Shown here: piece by piece, positions 1-8,342 of the stretch
Layout of the letters: each line of letters begins with the position of its first letter
Position numbering within the stretch: position 1 is the stretch's first letter
The notes under the pieces: model-generated
Database searches by the model: none
Seen by the model: the letters and a program-made list of their open reading frames with translations, nothing else
What the model was told of the DNA's origin: nothing
Assembly (NCBI GenBank): GCA_965219565.1
Contig: OZ244780.1
Coordinates: forward strand, 479,765 to 543,764
Length of the DNA stretch: 64,000 bases
Origin: Dehalococcoidia bacterium
GTDB lineage: Bacteria; Chloroflexota; Dehalococcoidia; Lucifugimonadales; JAGWBF01
Reading direction: 5' to 3'
Position numbers and translations under genes: made by a program

Positions 1-302
1 GACTTCTGTGTTGCTCTGCCTGGGTCGAATGTCAAGAGGACGGGATCGAGGAGCGAAGGGTCTACACCCCCTTCCTCCCAGCAACCATCGTAGTCATTCG
101 GAGATTCCTTGCTCGTAACGAAACTCCCGTTGACATACACGGCCCGGCAACCCGCCCCCTTCAGGTTCTCAAGCGCCGCCTTGAGTCCAATCATGAGACG
201 CCGCCTCCAGAGATTGCTCCCGAATCTGCTGACCAGCTCGTCCCAGGACGCCCAATGGACTCCTTGCGGCAGGAGCCCGTCGGAGTCGAATTCAGGAATC
301 AT
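1..302 (-). CDS. DUF6932-like putative nucleotidyltransferase (runs off window start; not in ORF track)
   Basis: Manual translation from ATG at 302: MIPEFDSDGLLPQGVHWASWDELVSRFG...VYVNGSFVTSKESPNDYDGCW; GSF...DxD Pol-beta-type motif; no stop before position 1. Confidence 0.75.
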   Translation of the reverse strand, partial: MIPEFDSDGLLPQGVHWASWDELVSRFGSNLWRRRLMIGLKAALENLKGAGCRAVYVNGSFVTSKESPNDYDGCWEEGGVDPSLLDPVLLTFDPGRATQK

Positions 303-360
303 AACACAATTATATCATTGTGTCTATCGCTAGTCAAGGACCATCATCCCTCTCCTCCTG

Positions 361-388
361 TCCTTTCGATAAGCTCACTGAGAACGGA
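361..388 (+). repeat. Degenerate CCCTTCGACAAGCTCA-type dispersed repeat
   Basis: cctttcgataagctcactgagaacgg, similar to cccttcgacaagctcaagggg at 28495. Confidence 0.4.
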
Positions 389-520
389 AAACCCCTGAGG
401 GCCCAATCACCACAACCCTCCGCCAGTTGCCACTGTGTGGGCGTCTGGAACATAATGGGCCTCAGCAGTGAGCCGTTTACGCTCGGCCGGCCAGGGGCCG
501 GCCGGGGGAAGGAGACCGTT

Positions 521-2212
521 ATGGCCAGCATCGGCAAGGTGACCGGGAGCCAACTCATCGGAAGGGCGCTGAAGCTGGAGGGCGTGCAAAACGTGTTCGC
601 CCTGGCAGGAGACCATACCCTGCCCGTCATGGACACCATGTTCGACATGGACTTCCGGTTTGTCGACGTGCGCCACGAGCAGGCGGCCGTCCACATGGCC
701 GACGCGTGGGGCCGCATCACCGGACAGCCCGGAGTCACCCTCTTCACCACTCCCGGCATGGCCAACTCGATCCCAGGTCTTGCCAACGCCATGCACGGAG
801 GCAGCCCCGTTGTGAACATCAGCGGAAGCGCCGCAGCATCCCAGCTTGGACGAGGCGCAATGCAGGAAATCGAGCAGACGGCCATGGCTGCTCCCGTGAC
901 CAAGGGTTCATGGCTGGTGCCCGACGCGCGGCGCATCCCGGACTATCTCGCACGGGCCTTCAGAACGGCCATGACAGGCAGGCGCGGCCCCGTTCACCTG
1001 ACCATCCCCATCGACGTGCAGGAACAGACGGTGGACGCGAACGAGGTCGCCTTCTTCTCTGCGGAACAGTACCGGGCCGAGGAGCAGGCCTCGGCCAGTC
1101 CCGACGCCATCCGGGAGATAGTCCGAATCCTGCAACAGGCCCAGCGTCCCATGATTGTGGCCGGAGGGCCTGCGGCCGACTCCAATGCCGGAGAAGCTCT
1201 CGTGCAGCTCCTCGACATCACCGGCTTGCCACTCCTCACCGAGGAGCACGCCACCGGAATTGTGTCCGACGACCACCCCAGCTGTTTCGGGCTGTTCGTG
1301 CGCGGTCTTAACCGGGTCGCCAACCTGTTGTCCGAGGCCGACGCAGTGGTGTTTCTGGGCAGGAAGATGGACAACGCTGTGGGGTTTGGTCTGCCGCCCT
1401 CCATATCCGCCGACGCCAAGGTGATTCAGGTTGACCCTGACCCGGCGGAAGTGGGCCGAAACCGGGGCGCCGACGTGGGCATAACGGCGGACGTGGGAGC
1501 CGTGGTGAAGCAGTTGGTTGAGGAGGCTGCAAAGCACAACTGGACTCCCCTGCCCTGGATGGACAGATTGCGTGGGGTGCAGGCTGCCCACGCCGAATGG
1601 CTGGACACGCTGGCCAAGCCGGAAGCCCCCATGCACGCCATGTACCTGCACAAAACCCTGGCCCCTTACCTCCGCCCCGACGACTTTCTCATTTTCGACG
1701 GCGGGGACTTCTGCCACTTCGGCCGCTGCCACTACAAAGCGCACATTCCCGGACGCTACCTGTATCTGTCCACCCTGGGCATGTTGGGATCGTCCCTGCC
1801 CACGTCCATCGCCGCGAAAATCGCCTACCCCGATGCGCGTATCATCAACCTATGCGGGGACGGAGGTTTCGGCTTCCAGGCCATGGAGCTGGACACTGCG
1901 GTGAGGCACAAGATCCCTATGACCGTGATTATCGGCAACGATTCCGCCTGGGGCACGGACAAGCAGCGGCAGCTGGGCTTCTATGGCAGAGCTGTGGTGA
2001 CGGACCTGCTCCAGAGCAGGTACGACATCGTGGCCCAGGGCCTGGGCTGCTACGGTGAGTTTGTCGAAACCCCAGATCAGCTTGCGCCAGCCTTGGAGCG
2101 CGCCCTGAGCGTCAAAGACCGCCCCTACGTCGTCAACGTAGCCGTGCAGCAGGCCATCAGCCCACGGGCCCAGGACGCCATCGACCGGCACAAGGCCGCC
2201 GCGGCGGCGTGA
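521..2212 (+). CDS. Thiamine-diphosphate-dependent enzyme (acetolactate synthase / 2-hydroxyacyl-CoA lyase-like)
   Basis: VRHEQAA catalytic Glu motif, GDGGFG...N ThDP motif; RBS AAGGAG before ATG 521. Confidence 0.9.
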   Translation: MASIGKVTGSQLIGRALKLEGVQNVFALAGDHTLPVMDTMFDMDFRFVDVRHEQAAVHMADAWGRITGQPGVTLFTTPGMANSIPGLANAMHGGSPVVNISGSAAASQLGRGAMQEIEQTAMAAPVTKGSWLVPDARRIPDYLARAFRTAMTGRRGPVHLTIPIDVQEQTVDANEVAFFSAEQYRAEEQASASPDAIREIVRILQQAQRPMIVAGGPAADSNAGEALVQLLDITGLPLLTEEHATGIVSDDHPSCFGLFVRGLNRVANLLSEADAVVFLGRKMDNAVGFGLPPSISADAKVIQVDPDPAEVGRNRGADVGITADVGAVVKQLVEEAAKHNWTPLPWMDRLRGVQAAHAEWLDTLAKPEAPMHAMYLHKTLAPYLRPDDFLIFDGGDFCHFGRCHYKAHIPGRYLYLSTLGMLGSSLPTSIAAKIAYPDARIINLCGDGGFGFQAMELDTAVRHKIPMTVIIGNDSAWGTDKQRQLGFYGRAVVTDLLQSRYDIVAQGLGCYGEFVETPDQLAPALERALSVKDRPYVVNVAVQQAISPRAQDAIDRHKAAAAA

Positions 2213-2226
2213 GACAGAGTGTCCTG

Positions 2227-2302
2227 CCCTCACCCCAGCCCTCTCCCAGGGGGAGAGGGTGCACCTGTCCCTTCCCCTTCCGGGGGAAGGTTAGGATGGG
2301 GG
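2227..2302. repeat. BoxC-like composite palindrome (unit A 2227-2259 + inverted unit B 2267-2302)
   Basis: ccctcaccccagccctctccc-agg-gggagaggg, 7-nt spacer, gtcccttcccc...ggggaaggttaggatggggg; same architecture as 6635-6718. Confidence 0.85.
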
Positions 2303-2330
2303 TTCGACGAGAGAAATCAGGAGGTGATTG

Positions 2331-3002
2331 ATGGACGGACGATACCCCAACGGGATGCTGCTGGTTTTCAGCAACTGCGGCGAGGCGGGCCGCGAGGATG
2401 AGTTCAACCGCTGGTATAACCACATGCACCTGCCCGACGTGACAGCCACCGGAGTGTTCGGCAACCCTATGAGGCTGGAGAACGCGGACCGCAAAGACGG
2501 GCAGCCCGGCTACATCGCCCTTTACGAGACCGCTTGGGACGACGCAATGGACGCTTGGAAGGCCCAGAACGAGTCCCCCAAACGGGTAAGGTCCCCTGAA
2601 CGAATGTCTCCCCTGCTGGACGTAGTCCATGTGGGCATCTATCAGAGGTTGGGCGGAGAGCTGCGGGCGGCCAGCCGGAAGTCCACCGGCGGTTTCGTGG
2701 TCATGGTGAACGTTCCCGATCCTTCCCGCACCGACGAATTCAACCGGTACTATAGCGACATCCACGTCAGGGACATCCTGGAGTCGGGCCTGTACCACAT
2801 AGCCTACAGGTACGAGTGCAGGGAAGAGGTCACGGGCAAGGGCGCCAAGTTCCTGAACCTCTATGAAACGGACCAGCCCGACCCCGCAAAGGCTTTCCGG
2901 GAGCTGTTGCAGCTCAACGCTGGTTGGAAGGAGGAGGGCCGTTTCTCAGATGCACACGAAAGCGTCTACGCCTTCCCCTTCAAACGTCTTTACCCGAAGT
3001 GA
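2331..3002 (+). CDS. Tandem EthD/DUF4286-like dimeric alpha-beta barrel protein
   Basis: Two copies of DEFNRW/YY..(M/I)H..D motif with Y.(A/N)LYET. Confidence 0.7.
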   Translation: MDGRYPNGMLLVFSNCGEAGREDEFNRWYNHMHLPDVTATGVFGNPMRLENADRKDGQPGYIALYETAWDDAMDAWKAQNESPKRVRSPERMSPLLDVVHVGIYQRLGGELRAASRKSTGGFVVMVNVPDPSRTDEFNRYYSDIHVRDILESGLYHIAYRYECREEVTGKGAKFLNLYETDQPDPAKAFRELLQLNAGWKEEGRFSDAHESVYAFPFKRLYPK

Positions 3003-3072
3003 TAACGTAGGGGAGCCGCATAGGCCCCGGGATACCCTGGGTTTTGAGACAGTTCCCGAAGAGAGGCTTCAC

Positions 3073-3285
3073 ATGGCACAAACCGGCCAGTCCTTCAGGT
3101 GCGCCAAGTGCGCACACCCGGAGTTCACCGCCGAGGAAATCCGCACGACGGGCAAGTACTCCAGGTTCTTCGACATCCAGAACAAGAAGTTCACCGCCAT
3201 CTCTTGCACCAGGTGCGGTTACACCGAGATATTCCGGGGCGACACCTCCGGCCTGGGCAACTTCCTGGACTTCCTCAGCGGTTAG
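3073..3285 (+). CDS. Small zinc-ribbon protein (DUF2082-like)
   Basis: CAKC...SRFFDIQNKKFTAISCTRCGYTE...LDFL pattern; RBS GAGAGG. Confidence 0.8.
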   Translation: MAQTGQSFRCAKCAHPEFTAEEIRTTGKYSRFFDIQNKKFTAISCTRCGYTEIFRGDTSGLGNFLDFLSG

Positions 3286-3341
3286 ACCTCGGTTAAAGGC
3301 CCTCTCCAGGCGTCCGGCAGGTCGCGAAAAGCCGGCTCCCG

Positions 3342-5555
3342 CTACGCGAGTTCGAGGTGGGCATAACTGAGAATCAGCCGCTTCACGCCTGCCCCTTCGG
3401 TGAACGCCACAGTCACCTCGAAGTCGGAGCCCGAGGGAACGCAGCTGACCACCATCCCCTCCCCGAAAGTCGGATGGCGCACCTTGTCTCCCGACTTGAA
3501 CAACGTCTGAGGTTGAGAGGGCGCCGGGGCTGGCTCCCATACGTCCCTGGCTAGGGCGGTCCGGACCTTTCTAGGAGCCGTGGCGGGCGGACCTGTCAAA
3601 TGTCTGGGAATCTCCTCCAGGAATCTGGAAGGCAGCGTAGTCGAGAATCCGCCCATGCCCATAAGGTTCCGGCGGAAGGCCCTGAGCAGGTAGAGACGTT
3701 CCTTGGAACGCGTCATCCCCACGTAGCATAGCCTGCGCTCCTCTTCTATCTCCGCCTCGCTGTCCATGGACCGGAAGTGGGGCAGGACTCCCTCCTCCAT
3801 CCCCAGGATGAAGACCACGGGAAACTCCAGCCCTTTGGCCTGGTGCAGGGTAATCAGAGTCAACGACTCCGAGGCCTCCACGTAGTCATCCACGTTAGCC
3901 ACCAGCGCCAGCCGCTCCAACATGCTCACCAGCCCGTCGGGTGGGTCCATGGCCCGGAACTCCTGGGCCGTGTGACGAAGCTCCCTGATGTTCTCCAACC
4001 GTTCTTCAGAGTCCTCGGTCTTTTCCTCGAGGTGCCGCTTGTAGCCCGTCCGCTCTACAACCGAGTCGACCAGCTCCACCACGTCCACCTTGCGGCTCTC
4101 CTCGGCGAGTCCGTCCATCAGCTTGAGGAAATCCGCCAGGGGACGCGCCGCCCTGGCGGAGCGGAGGGAGGCGGGAACCGTCTCCTCGTCCGGGCGACCC
4201 TGACTAGAGCAGACTGTCCTCAAAGCTTCCATGAGGGAGATTTCACGGCTCCGGGCCATGCGGGTCAGTTCTTGCACCGTGCGTTGGCCTATGCCCCTGG
4301 TGGGAGTGTTTATGATTCTGCCGAGGCTTACGTCGTCCTCGGGGTTGGCCAGCAGCCGCAGGTAGGCCATCACGTCCTTGACCTCCCGCCGTTGGTAGAA
4401 CCTCACCCCTCCCACCAGCCGGTACTTCATCCCGTACCTTGCGCAAGCCTCTTCCAACGCCCTGGACTGGGAGTTGACTCGGTACATGACGGCGCAGTCG
4501 CCGTAGGAGTAGCCCTCATGCTTCGACAGCCGGTCTATTTCCTGGAGAGCGAACTGGGCTTCCTCTTCCTGGTCGTACACCTCATGGGTCACAAGGAGCG
4601 CGCCCGTGCCCTTGGAAGTTCGAAGGTCCTTGGCCAACCTCATCTTGTTGGCCGAAATTAGGTTGGAGGCCGCCTCGAGAATGGCCCCCGTCGAGCGGTA
4701 GTTCTCGTCCAGATTCACCGTGCGGGCCTCGGGGTAGTCGTTCTGGAAGCTGAGGATGTTGCGTATGTCCGCATGGCGCCAGGAGTAGATGGACTGGTCG
4801 GCGTCTCCCACCACGCAGATGTTGCGGCTCTCCTGGGACAGCAGCCGGGCAAGGGAATACTGGGCGACGTTGGTGTCCTGGAACTCGTCGATGAGGACGT
4901 GCTGGTAACGCCGCTGGTACTTCTTCAACACGTCGGGGTGGTCGCGGAACAATACCACCGTCTTCATCAGCAGGTCATCGAAGTCCACGGCGTTGTTGCG
5001 GCTGAGTATCTCATCGTACTGGCGGTACACCTTTGCCGCCTGCGCCTCGAAGTAGCTCAGCTGGTTTTGTTCCAAGGCGTGGGAGTCCACCATCTGGCTC
5101 TTGGACCTGGAGATGGAACTGAGGACCGCCCTTGGGTGAAACCTCTTGGGGTCCAGGTCCACCGCTTCCAAGGCTTGCTTGACCAAGTTTATTTGGTCCT
5201 CGTCGTCGTATATGGTGAAGTTGGATTCCACCCCCACATGCTTGCCATCACGCCTGAGGACCGACGCGCAGAAAGCGTGGAATGTGCCAACGGTAAGCTG
5301 CTCTGCCCGGGCGCCCACCAGCCGTTCGAGCCTCTCCTTCATCTCGCGGGCCGCCTTGTTGGTGAAAGTGACGGCCAGAATGCGGTAGGGAGTGACTCCG
5401 CACACCCGGACCAGATACGCGATCCTGTGGGTGATGACGCGGGTCTTGCCGCTGCCGGGCCCTGCGGCAATCAACAGAGGCCCCTCGATTGTCTCAACCG
5501 CTTCCCGCTGGGCAGGATTAAGCCCTTCCAGGATAGATTCCGACGCGGTGGTCAT
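3342..5555 (-). CDS. pcrA: ATP-dependent DNA helicase PcrA/UvrD
   Basis: AGPGSGKT, VTFTNKAAREM, DEFQDTN, NYRST, HQAKGLEF, EEERRLCYVGMTR; C-terminal Tudor-like GDKVRHPTFGEG. Confidence 0.97.
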   Translation of the reverse strand: MTTASESILEGLNPAQREAVETIEGPLLIAAGPGSGKTRVITHRIAYLVRVCGVTPYRILAVTFTNKAAREMKERLERLVGARAEQLTVGTFHAFCASVLRRDGKHVGVESNFTIYDDEDQINLVKQALEAVDLDPKRFHPRAVLSSISRSKSQMVDSHALEQNQLSYFEAQAAKVYRQYDEILSRNNAVDFDDLLMKTVVLFRDHPDVLKKYQRRYQHVLIDEFQDTNVAQYSLARLLSQESRNICVVGDADQSIYSWRHADIRNILSFQNDYPEARTVNLDENYRSTGAILEAASNLISANKMRLAKDLRTSKGTGALLVTHEVYDQEEEAQFALQEIDRLSKHEGYSYGDCAVMYRVNSQSRALEEACARYGMKYRLVGGVRFYQRREVKDVMAYLRLLANPEDDVSLGRIINTPTRGIGQRTVQELTRMARSREISLMEALRTVCSSQGRPDEETVPASLRSARAARPLADFLKLMDGLAEESRKVDVVELVDSVVERTGYKRHLEEKTEDSEERLENIRELRHTAQEFRAMDPPDGLVSMLERLALVANVDDYVEASESLTLITLHQAKGLEFPVVFILGMEEGVLPHFRSMDSEAEIEEERRLCYVGMTRSKERLYLLRAFRRNLMGMGGFSTTLPSRFLEEIPRHLTGPPATAPRKVRTALARDVWEPAPAPSQPQTLFKSGDKVRHPTFGEGMVVSCVPSGSDFEVTVAFTEGAGVKRLILSYAHLELA

Positions 5556-5569
5556 GCTTCTTTAGACTA

Positions 5570-5603
5570 CCCTCACCCCAACCCTCTCCCACGGGGAGAG
5601 GGA
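5570..5603. repeat. Solo BoxC-like palindrome (unit A)
   Basis: ccctcaccccaaccctctccc-acg-gggagaggga. Confidence 0.85.
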
Positions 5604-5644
5604 GTTCACAAAGCTCTTGCAAGGGACAACGGGCGGAACTTTCA

Positions 5645-6592
5645 TCATGCCGCCAGCTTGGGCCGGACCTCGTTGACGAACCGCTCCATGTTGTCCAGCT
5701 TGGCCTGGAGCGTGTCGCCGGGGAAGCCCATGCGGTAGTGGCCCACGCCAATATCCTGGTACCGCTTCAGGTCGTCGGCGATTTCCTGAGGGGTTCCTGT
5801 AAGAGGCCACCGTTCCCCGTTGCCTTTTCGCTCGTAGTCGACCTCGCAGGAGAAGGCCAGTTCCACGTCGTCCCTAGGTCGTCCTGCTTTCTCCGTCAGG
5901 TCCCTTAGCTCACCAATCTTCTTGGCCAACTCGTGGGGAGGGAACAGATCGGGAGGCCTGGCGCCGATGGGAATCCAGCCGTCACCCAGGCGAGCCGCCC
6001 GTCTGATGGCCGGAGGCGTGTTGCCTCCAACCCAGATGGGCACTCCGGGTTTCTGCGCGGGTTTCGGATAGAACTTCAGGTCCGAGAATTTGACGAAATC
6101 GCCGTCGTATTCAGGGTTGTCGTTGCTCCACAACTCTCGAAAGACCTTAATGAACTCGTCGGTGACCTTGCCTCGCTGCCGGAAGGTGTCCAGCCCAAGG
6201 GCGACAAACTCCTCTTCCATCCAGCCTACTCCGATGCCCAGAATCACCCTGCCGCCGGAAAAGTAGTCGATGGTGGAGATTATCTTTGCCGCCAGCACAG
6301 CCGGCCTGTAGGGAATCACCAGAACGCCAGTGCCGAACTTTATGCGTGAAGTGGCCCCGGCCATGAAAGCCATGACCGTCAGCGGGTCGCTGTACGGCTG
6401 CTCTACGACAAACCTGGGGACTCCGGTGGCAGAGTAAGGGTAGCGAGGAGCAACGGTGTTGGGAAGAATGACGTGGTCGCTGAACCATGCATGCTCGAAG
6501 CCCATCTCCTCGGCTTTAACGACCTGGGTCTTCATCTCCTCCGGGGTGAACAGAGGGTTGCCCCGGTTCGGTATAACACATCCGAAATTCAT
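5645..6592 (-). CDS. LLM-class (probably F420-dependent) oxidoreductase
   Basis: WFSDHV, DPLTVMAFMAGATSRIKFGTGVLV, GIGVGWMEEEF, PIWVGG, RAARLGDGW. Confidence 0.92.
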   Translation of the reverse strand: MNFGCVIPNRGNPLFTPEEMKTQVVKAEEMGFEHAWFSDHVILPNTVAPRYPYSATGVPRFVVEQPYSDPLTVMAFMAGATSRIKFGTGVLVIPYRPAVLAAKIISTIDYFSGGRVILGIGVGWMEEEFVALGLDTFRQRGKVTDEFIKVFRELWSNDNPEYDGDFVKFSDLKFYPKPAQKPGVPIWVGGNTPPAIRRAARLGDGWIPIGARPPDLFPPHELAKKIGELRDLTEKAGRPRDDVELAFSCEVDYERKGNGERWPLTGTPQEIADDLKRYQDIGVGHYRMGFPGDTLQAKLDNMERFVNEVRPKLAA

Positions 6593-6634
6593 CCTTCTCC
6601 TCCAATAGTCTTGCCCTGCGCTCAGGATCCTTTG

Positions 6635-6718
6635 ATCCCCCTCATCCTAACCTTCTCTCGCCAGGGGAGAAGGGACTTATGCTCCCTCTCCCTTGACGGG
6701 AGAGGGCTGGGGTGAGGG
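6635..6718. repeat. BoxC-like composite: unit B 6635-6676 + inverted unit A 6683-6718
   Basis: atccccctcatcctaaccttctctcgccaggggagaagggac followed by ccctctcccttgacgggagagggctggggtgaggg. Confidence 0.9.
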
Positions 6719-7057
6719 TGGGCGCACCATTTCCAACTCGCCCAGGAGGGCTTCCTGCACCGAAACAGGTTCGTTCAAGACTTGATTGTTCCAGAATCTG
6801 ATTACTCTAAATCCCTGACAAGTCAACCATTTCGTACGTTCGCTGTCGTACCCCTCACGAGTCAGATGGTGTCCGCCGTCCAACTCAACAATCAGCCAAT
6901 TCTCTAAACACACGAAGTCTACAACGTATGGGCCTATGGGGACTTGCCTGCGGAATTTTCGGTCTGCAAACTGACGGTTTCGCAAAAGCGACCACATACG
7001 CCTTTCCGCGTCGGTGGAATCCTTTCTAAGTTGGCGAGCCTTGGATGCGCTGCTCAT
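6677..7057 (-). CDS. DUF559 family (Vsr-like) endonuclease
   Basis: ARQLRK.ST.AE..MW..LR.RQ, KFRRQVPIGPYVVDFVC, IVELDGGHH, D.ERT.WL...GFRVIRFWN. Confidence 0.93.
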   Translation of the reverse strand: MSSASKARQLRKDSTDAERRMWSLLRNRQFADRKFRRQVPIGPYVVDFVCLENWLIVELDGGHHLTREGYDSERTKWLTCQGFRVIRFWNNQVLNEPVSVQEALLGELEMVRPPSPQPSPVKGEGA

Positions 7058-7099
7058 ATCCCCCTCATCCTAACCTTCTCCCGCCAGGGGAGAAGGGAC
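7058..7099. repeat. BoxC-like unit B, 41/42 identical direct repeat of 6635-6676
   Basis: atccccctcatcctaaccttctcccgccaggggagaagggac; abuts the DUF559 ATG and supplies its RBS (GAGGGGGAT-ATG). Confidence 0.9.
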
Positions 7100-7112
7100 G
7101 GCCGCCGCGTCC

Positions 7113-8300
7113 CTACGCCACAACCCCCTCCGCGTACATGGCGGAAATCTCTTTGTCGGTGTATCCGACCTCCGCCAGCAGCTCCCTGGTGTGCTGACCC
7201 AGAGTTGGTGCAGGCGCCGGAGCGAGCCGGGCGATGGGCTCTGAGAAGTCCCACGGGATGTCCAGCGTACGGTATCTTCCGACCACCGGGTGCTCCAGTT
7301 CGTGGACCATCTCCAACGCTTCCACCTGCGGGTGGTTCATCAGCGAGTCGAAGGTGTTCATCCTGACTATAGTGGCCCCCATGCCCCTGGCCAGCTTCTC
7401 CAGGTCATCGAAGGTCCAGTCCGCCAGCGCCGCCGCCATCTCTTCCCGGATGGTGGGCATCCAGTTAAGCCGCTTGGCAAAGCTGTTATAGAGGGGGTTG
7501 TAGGCGACTCCGTCGGCGCCCACGGCCAAGCAGAACTGCTTCCATTCTTCCTCCACCCGCCCCATGTCCAGCAGAAAGTTGGCATCCTTGCAGCGGAACC
7601 CGTGGTCGGGGGGTTCGGTGTACCCGGCGAGTTGCTTCCCCTTCCATTCGTCAGGGGCAGACTCGGCGGCTGTGGCCCACTGCATTAGGTTGACCGCCGC
7701 ATCCAGCAACGAAGTCTCCACATACTGTCCGAGACCCGTCGCTTCCCGCTCCATTATGCCTATGACCACAGCCTGAGCGGCGGCCCATCCGGCGTTCTCC
7801 GACACCACGTCGAACCCCACGCGCAGAGGCGGCTCATCTGCGCGGCCTAGATGCCGGTACTTTCCGATAATGGCCTGCACGTCAAGCTCCGTGGCGGGAT
7901 GTTCGGCCATTGGTCCCTGGCTTCCCATCCCTGATACTGAACAGTAGATGAGGCCCGGGTTCACTGCCGACAGGTCGTCATAGCCCAGCCCCAAGTCGTC
8001 CATGGCGCCTGGACGGTAGCCCTCGATGAAGGCGTCGGCGCCCTGGACCAGCCTGACCAGGGCGTCTCTGCCAGCCGGAGATTTCAGGTCCAGGCAGATC
8101 CCGCGTCGGTTCCTGTTCAGGCGGATGAACAGAGAGCTTTCTCCGTTCTCGAAGGGGCCAATCTGTCGGAGCCAGTCACCCTTGGTCGGCTCGACCTTGA
8201 TAATCTCGGCCCCCAGGTCTCCCAGCATCATGGACCCCAAAGGCCCAGAGACGCCCTGAGAGACATCTACAATTCTTATTCCTTCCAGAGCCAGGGGCAT
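7113..8300 (-). CDS. Family III (CaiB/BaiF) CoA-transferase subunit
   Basis: LEGIRIVD..., LGDLGAEIIKVEP..GD, NRNRRGICLDLK, APTLGQHT. Confidence 0.92.
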   Translation of the reverse strand: MPLALEGIRIVDVSQGVSGPLGSMMLGDLGAEIIKVEPTKGDWLRQIGPFENGESSLFIRLNRNRRGICLDLKSPAGRDALVRLVQGADAFIEGYRPGAMDDLGLGYDDLSAVNPGLIYCSVSGMGSQGPMAEHPATELDVQAIIGKYRHLGRADEPPLRVGFDVVSENAGWAAAQAVVIGIMEREATGLGQYVETSLLDAAVNLMQWATAAESAPDEWKGKQLAGYTEPPDHGFRCKDANFLLDMGRVEEEWKQFCLAVGADGVAYNPLYNSFAKRLNWMPTIREEMAAALADWTFDDLEKLARGMGATIVRMNTFDSLMNHPQVEALEMVHELEHPVVGRYRTLDIPWDFSEPIARLAPAPAPTLGQHTRELLAEVGYTDKEISAMYAEGVVA

Positions 8301-8342
8301 TGCGCTAAGACCTCACCATACACATAGGAGGAGGGTGGCAGT

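Noticed and set aside
320-520. N-terminal extensions given by the ORF track (also 41993-42193, 47618-47743, 49199-49372, 23945-24127)
   Set aside because: Family similarity and RBS positions indicate later starts
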